A DNA stretch of 64,000 bases, taken from contig NW_024704742.1 in assembly GCF_018977255.1 (NCBI RefSeq), positions 109,556,001-109,620,000 of the forward strand, read 5' to 3'. Below the pieces are notes generated by a model. That model was not told the origin of the DNA. It searched no databases and was given only the letters and a program-made list of their open reading frames with translations. This DNA comes from Callorhinchus milii (taxonomy: Eukaryota). Shown piece by piece: positions 12,860 through 25,600 of the stretch (within the stretch, counting starts at the first letter, position 1; every line of letters starts with the position of its first letter). A program made the position numbers and the translations under genes.

Positions 12860-13028
12860 CATTGAGCAGACTGTGAGGGAGTTGCAGTCAGACCTGAGTG
12901 AGTTGGGTGTGGGAGAGAAGCTGCAGAACACTGGAGACTGTCTACAGTGGTTAAGTAATCCCAATATCTCTTCTGTGAAACCATTCTCCACTCCATGTGA
13001 CCAACTGACAGATTTTTTTAAAGCCCTG
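12860..13028 (+). CDS. KIAA0825: KIAA0825 coding exon 2 (IEQTVRELQSDL...LTDFFKAL)
   Basis: ctttcag| acceptor and CTG|gtaaat donor; 169 nt, phase 2 to 0; lies inside ORF 12798..13088. Confidence 0.9.
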
Positions 13029-13119
13029 GTAAATAAAATTTACAGATTTTCAACACTAATTGCTATTATTTTAAAACATGGCCTTTAAATACATACAAAG
13101 ATTTTGACAGGAAAATTAC

Positions 13120-13890
13120 TTCTGCCTTGACTCTTAACAGTGACGAAGAGTGCCGGAAGCTACAGGCAGATATTGACAGGTTAGCTGAGTTGGCAGATTT
13201 GTCGAAAATGGAGTTTAATATAAAAAATGTGAAGTGATGAATTTTGGTAGAAATATTAGGGAGTGAAATTATAACCTCAGTGGTAGAATTCTCAATGGAG
13301 TGGAGGAACAGGAATCTCAGGGCATCAATGTCTAAAGTGGAATTGTAAAGGTGGAGAAGGCCGTTAAAAGGGCAAACAAGATTCCAGGTTTTATACACTG
13401 CCAATGAATACAAAAGTAATGAAATAATGATGAATCTTTACAAGACATTGGTTAGGCCTGCACCTGGAATATTGTGTGCAGTTGTGGGCACCACATTATA
13501 GAGAATATATTAGAGTTATGGAGAGGGTGTAGCATAGGTTCATAAGCATGACTTCAGAGATGAAAGATTATAATACTTATGAGGAGATGCTAGAGAGGAG
13601 AGGCTTCTTTTGGAGCAGAGAAGGTTGGAGGGTGGTGATATGATAGTTGTTGAAGATGATGAAAGTGTTGAAAGAATTAATTGTGAAAAGCTGCTTTTGC
13701 TGGTAAGGGATTCGAGGACAAGAGGCAATAAATCTCCTTGACTTGGGGAATAAAATGAGAGGTTCTGAAGACCTTCTTCTCCCAGAAAGTTATCAACAAT
13801 CTATCTAACATTTAGATAGATTTTTCAGAGTATTTGGTACATTTAAAAAAGAATTGGACACCCACATGCAGAAAAACGATATAGGGTTTT
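13120..13890 (+). mobile_element. CR1 LINE ORF2 3' fragment, degenerate
   Basis: Fragments translate as ECRKLQADIDRLAELAD..KMEFN and YKTLVRP.HLEYCVQLWAPHY, with frameshifts. Confidence 0.85.
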
Positions 13891-14819
13891 AGAAATGATA
13901 ATTGCATAATTTCTTTACTTTTGTATTCAAAGGCTTTGTATATAAACTTTGATTGTCCTTTTGATGGTCTTCTCTACCTGAAGTCCCATTTTTAACATTC
14001 TATTTAGTTGTACCCAGAGATCCTTCTGTTCCTCCACTCAATTGAGAATTCTCCCAGAGTATAAATTCCCTCCCTATTCTTTCTCAGGAATGCACAGAGT
14101 AAACTTTGAGAATAAGTGTAGGGTATCAAGATTCTGCTTGGAGGAACTATCGCAAGTTTGTTATTAGAGTTGACAGTACTGCAAATAGTGAAATTCTTAC
14201 AGTTATAATGCAGGACCTTGAGTCTGAAGAAAAAAAAGAGGAATTGGATTTGATAACGTTTAAATCAAAAAGTCAGAATTGCAAACCGAGCCTTCATGCC
14301 TACGAGAATTAATGCTATCCATATTAGATGCAAGTGGAACAAGAAGTGGCATGTAAAGTAAGGTTCCTGAACTAATATCTAAGAAAAAAGTAATCAAAAA
14401 TAGGCGAGAAGCTTATACTTAGGTATAGCTTACACACTAGATTTGACCATAGATATTACATTTTGAGAGCCTCTACTTGTTTCACCCTTAGGGTTTTCAG
14501 TAATGTTAGATTTTTCGTACCGTGGCCAATGACATTTTTCCTGTTAAAAGTAAAATGCAATTTTATCCCCAAACTTGTCACAAATGTTAAGCTTTATCAA
14601 ACTATACTTCAAAGGTTTATCAGATCTGAGTGATTCATAAAGCCCTAAAATATCATAGATATGAGAATAAGCACTGTAATAATATCCTATTGTTTATGAA
14701 GTAACAAAGCGATGCTGACATTGTGAACTTTTAGGCTTGGCACTATGCAATATATAGTCATCTATATGAAAATAATTTGTTCATGTTGGAAAAAATAGCC
14801 AAACTGATGGGAGGTCTTG

Positions 14820-16000
14820 AACCTGGACTCGCCTCTCTCTCGCCTACTTCAAGACATTCCTCTTAACCGCGCCTTAGATCATCTTCCCCCCCCCCTCTGC
14901 CTCAGCTCCCACCCCCAGCCCTGATGCAAACCCTGTACTGTACAGTGCCTTGGGGTCGTCCTCCGATGTGAAAGGCACTAAATAAATGTAAATTTATTGT
15001 TGTTTGATACAAACTAGCTTTATGTAATCACTTTAGATTGCAGAAATGTTTTCATTTAGATTCTTTAGCACTTAATTTTTAACTGCTCTTATAATGTTTT
15101 TTCAGGTGTGTGAACACCTTAACTTCCCCATTTGCTCTTTGCTAACTATCTTAAATTGTTGCCCTCTCGTTACTGACTCACCAACAGATGGAAATAATTT
15201 CTCCCAATTGACTCTATCAAAATCCCTCACAATTTTAAATCCTGCCACCAAGTCACCCTTTAACCTTCGTTCTTCTAATGAAAAAACGTCCTAGTTCTTC
15301 CAGTCTCTCCTCATAGGCCAAACTCCTCTTCCTATATCATTCTATATTAAATACTATATTTTATATTAAATATAGTATTGGAATTGATTTCCAGATTTTT
15401 TTTGATTGTGACATTAATTTAGATTCCATCAGCCTTATGATGTTAAAGGATTCCAACCCGATTCCTACCCTGCACAATTTCAAAGAAATGTGTAGTTTTT
15501 CTCCTGATTGTCTTCATTTATATTTGCTCTTCATTGAGTCTCACCCAAGTTCAAATTAATTGATTTATCATTTCATTGTTGACTGTGGGACTTGCTGGCA
15601 CAAATTAGGTGTCGTGATTACCAATATAACTGTACCCCCATCACACCAGTTTTAGCCAGATTCCACTGGCTCCCTATCGCCGAACAGATCGATTCTCACA
15701 CTCGTTTTCAAATCTCTTCACGCCCTGGTACCTCCCTACCTGTCCGACCTGCTTGTTCCCCACTCCACTACCCGCTGCCTGCGCTCGACTGGCAACGGCC
15801 TCCTGCATATCCCTCATGGCCTCTGTTCCACCATTGATGGTCGAACTTTCTGCCACTATGTCCCGAGAGTGGAAAACTCTTCCTTTGACCCTCCATGTTG
15901 TCCCTTCCATCCCCATCTTCAGGTCGCCCCTGAAGACCTTCCTCTTCAACCATGCCTACGGTTACCTACCCCCGGCTCAGTGTCGTGCTCTGCTATTTTC
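14820..16000. mobile_element. Cluster of short retroposon relics: L2 end (+, ~14820-15005), CR1 (-, ~15105-15345), older L2 (+, ~15630-16000)
   Basis: gatgtgaaaggcacta..ttgttg tail; TPITPVLARFHWLPI is an L2 ORF2 motif. Confidence 0.7.
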
Positions 16001-16170
16001 AAGCCTCTGGGATGCAAAACATTTTTGTTGTACTGTAAAGTGCTAGTTAGTCCTTGAAAAGATCCCGTTATTTATATCTGTTGAGTTGAAAGCTGTGGTA
16101 CAACTAATGTCAATTCTAGTATTATCTATTCTAGTGCATAATTATTTATTCTTCATGTTTTCTTTGAAAG

Positions 16171-16840
16171 CATCAATTTCTGAAGACTGAAAAAGGCCCA
16201 GAAGAAACAATCCTGCAGCTGCTTCTGGATCTCTCTGCGGAATGTGGTGTTGTGTTTCCTTTGAATTCTACTGGGTCTTTATTTACGGTTCCCTCTGCTA
16301 CTTCAGTTCATGCCATCGAGGACAGTGACTCCTTACATTTGCAGTCTGTGTGGGATGATGTGAGATTGCATCTTCGTAGGTTCCTAGTTGATAAGCTTCA
16401 AAGCAATCAAGAAATGAATAATCTACATCAAAATGTTCAGTTCAAAACACAGTGTCTTCAGCGGCTTCTGTTCTTGTATCCAGAATCCGAAGTTCTAACC
16501 AAATATCAAAATATCCAGAGCAAATCTGTGCAAGATCTGTTCAAGAACAGTCTACTAAACAATTCTGGTGAGATCAGTTTAGACAAAATGGTTCACACAT
16601 TTCAAAACTTGATCCCTATGGTGTGCACTATGATGAGACAAGATTTATATGTTCTACGTACCCTTATGGAGACCTCTAAAGTACTGAAGTTTGTCAATGA
16701 TACGTACCTACAGAATATTGCAGAAGAACTCTTCACTTTGGTTGAAAGGTTTTGCGAGCAACAATTGAGGGAAAATGTGATTCACCTGGCAAAGACGAGC
16801 AAAAGCTCAAATAAACAAAAAGGAACAGTACAGCCTGCAG
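16171..16840 (+). CDS. KIAA0825: KIAA0825 coding exon 3 (HQFLKTEKGPEE...KGTVQPA)
   Basis: tttgaaag| acceptor and CAG|gtaagt donor; 670 nt, phase 0 to 1; contains WDDVRLHLRRFLVDKLQS and QCLQRLLFLYPESEV. Confidence 0.95.
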
Positions 16841-17412
16841 GTAAGTGCCTTCTATTGCTTTGTCCAATGATAGAAATGGGTTTATTACGTTTTGATGGTA
16901 CAACTAGTTATGTACATTTGTTGTTTTATGTTCTGAAGACTACTTCTATGGGACTAGCGTATTACCCAGTCTTCAAAATTCAGTGTGCATATTTGTTTGC
17001 TGCAGAACATTATAACTATTCTCACTGTGAGCATTTGCCTGTTAAGCTGATTAGATGTTATTTTATTGTTCTTTTTTCCAGCCATAGCATTCTACTTTTA
17101 ATGTTCACCAATAATACATTAATTCCACATGCGCAGTAATGTACATTATATTTTGAATCACATTACAAAATAGGATTTCCTTGCAGAGATCAATGAAACT
17201 CATTGGGAATAGGAATATTTCTTTCTATTTTTAGTGGAAAATCCAGATCTGACAAACAAAATTCTTTCCTGTTGTTTTGTACATATGATCTTCCCCAAAT
17301 TACTTAAGGTTTTTTTCCAGCTATGACAGTTATATATTTTCACATTTAGCATTAGATCAATGAAAATACATCCAATTAAATAATTATGTTGTAGGTTTGA
17401 GTAACTTCCTTT

Positions 17413-17732
17413 GGAGTCCTGTAGCTCAGTGGTTAGAGCACTCGCCTTGCAAGCGAGACACCTGGGTTCAATTTCAGGCAGGGCGAAACCTTGGGCAAGT
17501 TTCCTTACTCTTCACGCCTAATAATAACTGCTCCAAAACAAAACAATAATAAATTGATCATTTTCAGTCCACGACTGTTTGTGGGACACTACTGTGCGCA
17601 ATTGGCTGCTGCATTTCGCCCACAAATATACAGTCAATTCACTTTACAGCATATTCTGTGAAGTGCTTTGAGACGTCGAGAAGATGTGAAAAGTGCTATA
17701 TCAAATGCAAGAATTATTATATTTATTATTAT
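17413..17732 (+). mobile_element. tRNA(Ala)-derived SINE, full length, short variant
   Basis: ggagtcctgtagctcagtggttagagcactcgccttgcaagcgag head; anticodon arm ctcgc-cttgcaa-gcgag; L2-like tail. Confidence 0.92.
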
Positions 17733-19689
17733 AACATACCTCTCAAGCCAATTTGTAATGTATGTAACTATCTACATGAACTGGTCAATTGTGATAATAA
17801 CTGATAATCATATGAATCCACAGTGTTTTGTATATATCTTGCTTGATTTACATGGCGTGGTATGTCACAGAAACATGCCAATCAGCATATCTATTCTGTG
17901 TTAATGATTTGCTTTAGAGTTTAGCCTTACATGTTTCAGTATGACTGATGTTAAACAATGTTTATCACTCAAGGGTTTCTTGGTTAATTTATTTAATGTT
18001 TCATTATTGTTATGATTTGTTTTAGTGCACAAGCAGTTTGCTAACTTTTCTAAAAAATAGAACCTCATGTGTATACAAGCAACCAGGAAAATATAAAGCA
18101 GTGCAAAATGTCATATGTTATTGAATAAATCATCTTGGACCAACTTTCTATCACTCACATGAACAATGGACCTGAAGTTGCTTATGACACAGTTCATGTA
18201 AAATGCATTTATTGCCATCAAACTTTCCTCAATAGAACTAGCATGCAAAGCTCCACATAGCTCAAGTGACTGAAGATTCCCAGACTGAAGGTGTCATGAG
18301 AAATAGTAGGAGTAAGTTGAAGCCAGAAATTCAATCTTCAATTTTGTTGTTATAATTTATGACATTGTCCAACCCCTTCTGATGTGTAACTAGCGTGTTA
18401 CGCCCTCCTACCTATCCTTTCTTCTTTATGTGACACATCCAAATCCTTTAATTATACCTAAATGAAAGGCCAGATATATTTAATTCCTTTGAAAACTAGC
18501 ATTCCAGAATGTGATTTTAATTAACATAGCTTAGTTGAGTAACTTTATGAACAGATTTATGAAAGAATTAGATTTGCATGCATCGGTAAGATTGAAGATT
18601 ATTTGTCAAGACATTTTTGTTTAAATAAAAGGATCCATCTTAATTAAAGAGTCTCATCATCAGTGCATGTTTTGCAGATCAAATAATTAAAATAAATTTG
18701 ATTAATTTTAACATTCTCAAAGCATTCATATACAGAGTAAATCCAGTATTTTACAGGATTTTGATTTAATCCTTGCATAACGATTTACACCCACATGAAG
18801 GATATTTCACAATTTCCCTTTTTTGAGAGGATTTGTTAAGACCCTTCAATAGTAATATTTTCTATGTTTTTGTCACCTTGAGGCTAGATTCATCCAAAGC
18901 TCTCTGGACTGCCCTCCCTAGCTGTTACCATTTGTAAACTTAAACTCACACAGAACTCCACAGCCATAACTTCTCCTTCTGTCAGTAGCCACCATCAGTG
19001 GCCAAGCTTTTAGCCTCTTCTGAGGACGCTTTGCTTTCACTTTCTCTCCTTGCCTTCAAAACTGTTTTTAAAAAACGTTGAACCACAACCTCACACTCTC
19101 CTTATCAATCTACATAGTGATTACGTTGCTTTTGAAAAACACTTTAAGAGTTATTATCCAATATGAAAGTCTTAAGTTGTTGATAGTTTCAAAATGGCTT
19201 TGGTATTTCAAAACTTAAATGCTAATTTGGTCAGCAAAGTAATAAAACAGCAGCACATAATATTCAGTGCACCTATGCTGATTGCTTGTCACGACAAAGC
19301 ACAGTTTATTTTTGTTTTATTAGGAGTGACTTTCAGGATCAAATTGAATAAATAAAAGTGGAATAAATGTTGACTGTGCAGCAAATTGAGCGAAATGCTG
19401 TGAGAGAAAGTTGAAAAAGAGAAGGAACAGATGGGACAACAAGAGGATTAAAAGATTAAAAAAAGAATAACTGCTGAGAATGACCAAAGAGAAAACTAAT
19501 AGATTATGAAAGAGTGTGGAGGGACAGAAAAAGGCAAAATGGTAAAACGAAAGTGAAGATGGGATAAATAGAAAAGTGTGTTGGAAGTTTGATTCATTCA
19601 GTTGTGCAAACTATTCTCTGGTTGCTAGGATGCACACATTTTCAAGATTTAGTCCACCTTATGACAATTAAAAATAAGATTGTTCTTAG

Positions 19690-20150
19690 CGTGACAACAA
19701 CAGCAGCAAATTACATTTGTAAATGGTCTTTCACATTGGGAGGGTGTCTTAAGGCGACTACTCTTTGATGAACACTGTTTGAGAATAGCAATAACAACTC
19801 GCATTTATATAGCGCCGTTCACGTGGGATAGAGTCCTGGAATGCTTGACAGTGGTGGAGTCTGACCCCGAGCCAGGGGGAGAGGGGAGGTGACCTTAAGC
19901 ACGATCAAAAAGGATGGTCTTTAGATTGGTTTTGAAAATGGCGAGGGAGAGGGCAAGATGGAGGGATTGAAGGAGGAAGTTCCAGAGCTTCAGGACGCAG
20001 TGCCTGAAAACATGGCCATCGATGGTGGAGCGGAGGAGGCGAGGGACGAATAGGAGGCTGGAGCCGGCCAAGCAGAGGCAATGGGTGATGGAGTGGGGGG
20101 TAAGCAAGTCAGATAGGTAGGGAGGTGTGAGGCCATGAAGGGCATGAGAA
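19690..20150 (-). mobile_element. Older L2 3' fragments (two tails)
   Basis: Tails at ~19695 and ~19790; minus frame LWNFLLQSLHLALSLAIFKTNLKTILFDRA is the L2 ORF2 C-terminus. Confidence 0.8.
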
Positions 20151-21894
20151 CCTGTTGGAGAATAATCCGATGGATTGTTTAAAAAAAAGACTCATGATAA
20201 ATAAATACTCTTATTATTGCAATTCGCACAATGTTTTCTAACAACAAACTAAGCATATTTTAGTACAGTATCTTTTAATAATCTAGTTTAGTTTATTTCA
20301 ATTGGAACCTTAATGCATTTTTTATTATTTTTACTCAGCCTCAACTTTTTCCTCTTTGATTTTCTCTCCTTACTATCCTGTCCCAAAGGCTACATGAGCA
20401 GAAATATGGTTCCAAAAATCAAACCTGAGACCTTCTTAATGTTTATAGGTCATTCTCACACCACATGGTGCTACAGTTTCTTCATTGAGTCACTAGGGAA
20501 GCACAGCATACACATCTCTACCTCCTTTACTTAGAAGTGTGATTTATATACCATTATGATTTTCACAGGTTTCTGTTAAGTGGAAAAAAAACAGTAATAT
20601 GTGCTAGAATTTACGAGACCTATAAATATATTTAATGAGTTTGTTTATAATGAAATTAATTACAGTTAAATTTGTGGTGTTAATTGAGCAAGGTCTAATA
20701 TTTTGAATTTAGTGTTGACTGCACATACTCTGATTCATAAATCCTCAATTAAACCAAATGCAATGCATACAGACTAGGCAGCTTCTCTACCAATTGTTTA
20801 AAATCAGATATACCTTCAATCCCCAAAAGAGTAAATGTTCTGTAGTATTTAGTATAATAATATTTAAAGGCAAACAGATATCTGAAATGAATCAATATTT
20901 GGATATTTGCTTTACTGAGCAACCCTTTATTGTTCTTATCACAGGGATACTTATGATCAGTGTATCTTATAAAGTTATCAATGCAATTTTAGAACACGAT
21001 GGATTGCACATTCCCTTGCCCCATTTATTTTTCCTCTTCATCATATGAAGTGCACGTGTAATCTTGATAAGGCAGAAATTTGTCACATGCAGCTGTGTAC
21101 AGCCGGCACAGACTACAACTAATTTGTGCCGGAAAAAAATTAAATCAGGGGATAAATTATTTCATGATTGCTGATTCCCAATGGAATTGAGCATCATTCT
21201 GAAGAAAATATACAATAATTGGTTTCAGGCCGTGTCAGACACATACAATTCCCTTTACTAATGGTTCTGTATGGTAGTTCTAGGCCTCAGGGGTCAGAAA
21301 AAAGCTGAAAATAGCCATGTGGTAGGATTGGCACTGTGGATAAAGTAGATAGGAAATGAAGTGTCAATAAGTGTAATCCATAGGGGAAATGCACTTCAGT
21401 TGGAGTTTAATATATCTACTTAGAATCTGGCAGCTAGCCATATGACGATTGTTTACTTTTTTCAAGTCCGCATCTGTTCCATTTAGTAAATGGCACTCTG
21501 CTCTGTGGCAGTTAATGTTGGAATTAATAACAACTGTTAAGGGATTTCTTCTTATCTTATTCTGCTTCCATCATGGACTGTAAGCAACATTTGTCTAAGA
21601 TTAACATACAAAAGGAACTCAGAATATTATAGGAGATAATTTTTATAGGTGGATTTGTTGTAGGAGTTAAATCAGACGTGATTTTACTTTGTTCCACTGT
21701 GGTTAAAATATCTTCACAACCGCATATATAATGAAGGCACTGTGTGTGTGTGTATGTTTCGTGAAAATAGAGAGAGATTATAGCTGCTCTCAGCTCCTCC
21801 AGAGCAATCCACATTACCCCCGCAGTTCTCTCAAGGAAACACTACTTTTCCCAACTCTACCTTTCCTCTTCTACCCCCAACTCCACGACCACCG

Positions 21895-22686
21895 ATGTCC
21901 TGACAGTCTGTCTGTCCGACATCGAGTCCTGGATGAGAGACAACTTTCTTCAGCTCAACGTGCGCAAAACTAAGGCCCTCCTGATTGGCTCGAGTCAGCG
22001 CCTCCGCACCTCAGGCTCTGACAGCATCAGCATCCAAGGCTGCACTCTCCACCTCTCAAAGTCAGTCAGGAACCTCGGGGTTCTGTTCGACCCTGAGCTG
22101 TCCTTTCTTTCCCACATATGCGCCACAACTGGCACCGCCTTCCATCACCTCCGGAACATCGCCAGACTACGGCACTACCTCACCCCTCACGCTGCTGAAA
22201 CACTGGTCCACGCCTTTATCACCTCAAGGCTGGACTACGGGAACTCTCTCCTCGTCGGCCTTCCTGGCACCTCCCTCCACAAGCTGCAGGTCATCCAGAA
22301 CTCCCACCCTCGCTCGCCTCCACTGGCTCCCCATCCCCCAGAGGATCGAATTCGAGATCCTCATCCTCACCTACAAGGCCATTCACGGCCTTGCTCCCTC
22401 CTACCTCTCCGACCTACTATCCCCCTACTTACCTGGAGCTCCATCCCCCAGTGCCTTCGCCTTGCTTCCTCCCTTTCCTCCTTCAAGGCCGGTCTCAAGA
22501 CCTTTCTCTTCAACCGTGCCTTCAGCTCCCCTCTCGACTCTCTTCCCCCTCCTTGCTCCCTCCCTTCCCCCCTCTCACCCTGACCATTTCCCCCCTGCTC
22601 GGGTCCTGACCCAACTGTCCAACACCTTGGGACGTCCTCCTGACGTGAAAGGCGCTCTATAAATGGAATCTTGTTTTTGTTGTTGT
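21895..22686 (+). mobile_element. Young L2 LINE 3' fragment with internal deletions
   Basis: ORF 21933..: NFLQLNVRKTKALLIG...VRNLGVLFDPELSF...HAFITSRLDYGNSLL; tail ggaatcttgtttttgttgttg. Confidence 0.92.
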
Positions 22687-25600
22687 CTGAGGTAGGTTCC
22701 TCAGAAACTACACCTATTCCTCCCTCTCCAAGATCCTGGAACATATTGTTGGTTCTCCCTCTCCCACCATTTTCTATATGAGTCCCTTCATCTGGTTTCT
22801 CTCACACCCACAACACCACAATAGCCCTAATCAAAGTCACAAATGACACCCTCTCAAGCTTTCATGCTACACTGTAATGATCACTGAGAAGCTTGCAGGG
22901 AGTTCCTGCTATCCCTCTTTCCATTCCAGACACAGGGAAATTTCCATGTTTAGAAAACATGTACTCTCAGACTTACTTAGAAATCCATCTTCATGCTCAA
23001 AAGTATCTGTGTGTCAGACACGTAGCTAACCAAAATGAAATTTACATACTGCCCTTTGGTGACATCATCCGTCAGCATGGGGTCTGCAATACTACCTCTA
23101 CTTCTCTGCCTTCATACTTGGCTCCAAGACCATTGTTGTCCTGATATACTGCCCAACAAACATGGAGCCCTGGGTGAATGCCAACTTTCTTCAACTGAAT
23201 TTTGATAAAATTGAAACCACTCTGCAGGGCTCCCACAATTGCCTGCTCACCTCTGGCTCCAACTGTAGTATCCTCCCTCCTTAGCTGTGCTTAACGATGT
23301 GAAAAGTGCTAGATGTTATTACTTCAACTCTTAAGGCAGCCCAGAATCTTAATTTCCAGCGTTGAAAGTAAAGCTTCCCCAATTTAACAAAGTGGTTTGC
23401 CTTACCTTTCACTTCTAATTCCAATAGAGTGTGAACAAACCTGCCTAAGATGTCCCTGTTTCTAGCTAAAGCAGCACGATTTTACTGGAACTAATAATCC
23501 TCCATTATACACACTCCCTCAGGGCACTGCAGCGGTTTTCAAGTTGACTTGTGAAAAGTGTACTTTCCTGCTTTTTCCACTTTAGGTCCAGTGCTTGGCT
23601 TAATTGCCTGCATTCGATATACCCTGGACAGTTTTCATTCAATGCAAATGACTCAGCTTAAGATGTGCTTTATCCTTTCATAGCTTGTTCAAGGAACATT
23701 CCTTGCCATTGACTGAGGGCCTCCGACAGACTGCTGTACCACAAGGATAATTATTATTATAACAACAAGTTGCAGTGTACGATCTAGACCAGGGTGTGTG
23801 AGGTATTGCAAAATGTGTAGTAATGCAGCATGTGCACAGCCAGGGAGTAGTGATTGGGATGGAGCAGATAGTGGCTCCTGAGGGTTGGGTGTTTCGCTGA
23901 GGTATTAGTTATGAGGCACATTTAAGGAAATAGCTCCAGGAATAAAGATTGAACAGGAGGGGATGTGATTAACATGCAAGTTTAAGATATATTGACAAGG
24001 GATGAACAACAAGATAAACAGAAGTCAAGATTACAATGAAGCATTTGCGGTCTCAAGAATAAGGAACAAGTTAGGAATAAAAGAAAGAACAAGAGAGGAT
24101 TGGGGCACTAGGGAGACAGAGTTGAGGTATGTGTTGGGAACTGCAGACTGATAGAGCTGTCAGTGCTTCCCAGGCAGTCACAATTTGTTGAGCTCAGTAG
24201 TTCTTAAAGTACAAGTTTGCTTGTTGTGCTAAAGTTATTTTATTTTTGTCTTGCTGTACCGTATCCTGTTTGTAGAATATTGCCCATTGAATGAAGCGGA
24301 ATGGTTTATATGATAAATAAAGTGTTCTGGATAGTTCTTGAGATCGCTCTGTCTGGTCTGTACTCACCTCATAAGAAAAGAGGTGAAGGACTGTGACAGG
24401 TGTCAAACATATTTGATGGCTCATCCATTAGTTTCTAAAATTGCCGTGATATACTGCGCTGGAATTTTTCTTTAAATGAAACCTCCTCTTTTTAATGTAA
24501 GACTTATTTTCAAACCTGTGCATTTTGCATTGCATGAGTGACATTCCCATTCATTCAAAGACAACTTGAAAGAGTTAGTAAAAATAGTCAATCAGATGGC
24601 GCGTAGAATGCGTTTTTTCACATACACATGTCACGGCAAACAACTAGCGTTGAGCATTAAAGCTATATTTTATATTTTGTTAAATTTAAAATAAGTTGTT
24701 GAAACGTAGTTCAAGATGTCACGGAAGTGAAAAGTGCTGAAACATAGGAAATTCCAAGATTGTTGAACAGAAGATTATTTTTTCATTGAATGTTATGGCA
24801 AGGCATCCTGCCCGATTTCCAATGAAGCGGTTGCAGTTATGAAAGGTTACTATAGACATTTTTAGGTTAACGTAAATGGTCCTTTCAGTTAGACGAGTTT
24901 GACACCCCTCTTCTAGACAGCTAATAGCATCAGGGTGTCCCCTCCATCATCAAGTGTAGCTGCACTTCTTTATGTTCCTGCTTATCTCACCACAAACCTC
25001 TTGAATTTTTATTCACTATAAGGGTTTATTAGATCGCTATCTTCATTGCTCCAGTGTGAGATTATGCTTAAGATCCTTTCAACTGATGTTAGTTTCTAAT
25101 TGTTGATTACTATTAGTCACTTGATGCAGTTTGTGAGGATAGAGCAGTTCAACTGGCTGCCAGACAACAGCATCCTGACTTGAGTTCCTCTTCGGGGACC
25201 TTCTGCTAAATGTTAGGAAGAAGTCCAACCAGAGCAGCTGAGAACAATAGGTCCATCAAGATGGTTAAGCATTTTTCAGAAGAAGGCATGGAGTTTAAAT
25301 GAGACTATAAAATGAACATATATATGAGAATTGCCTGAAGGAGTTGGAGGTACCCTGTAAAATTTAATGAAAACAGCCTGGAGGAGTCAGAGAGAGCACT
25401 GCAGATGACTGTTTTACTGATATTGTCAGAAAGATTAATGACAAAGAAGAAAGGGAATAATCACCTATGATAATGTTGGACTGAAAGGTAATCGTGATCG
25501 CGTAATGTGTTGGAGTAAAATCACTTTTTTCCACAACAGTTTATTGCTTTGTATCCTCGCTTATGTATATCTTGACAGGTTTTGGCACTGTATGCTTCCA

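Noticed and set aside
15350..15379. 12-bp AT-rich inverted repeat
   Set aside because: Short and low-complexity; plausible by chance.
16841..17139. C-terminal part of the 295-aa ORF 16252..17139
   Set aside because: Read-through past the CAG|gtaagt donor; similarity to KIAA0825 stops at 16840.
17413..17490. tRNA-Ala(TGC) gene
   Set aside because: The T stem is imperfect, it runs into the SINE body and tail, and many diverged copies exist; it is a SINE head.
21933..22744. Long overlapping Pro/Ser/Gly-rich ORFs (also at 1129-1776, 10180-10700, 44025-44496, 58448-58905, 63479-63901)
   Set aside because: Alternative or antisense frames of GC-rich L2 fragments; no intact ORF2 is present.
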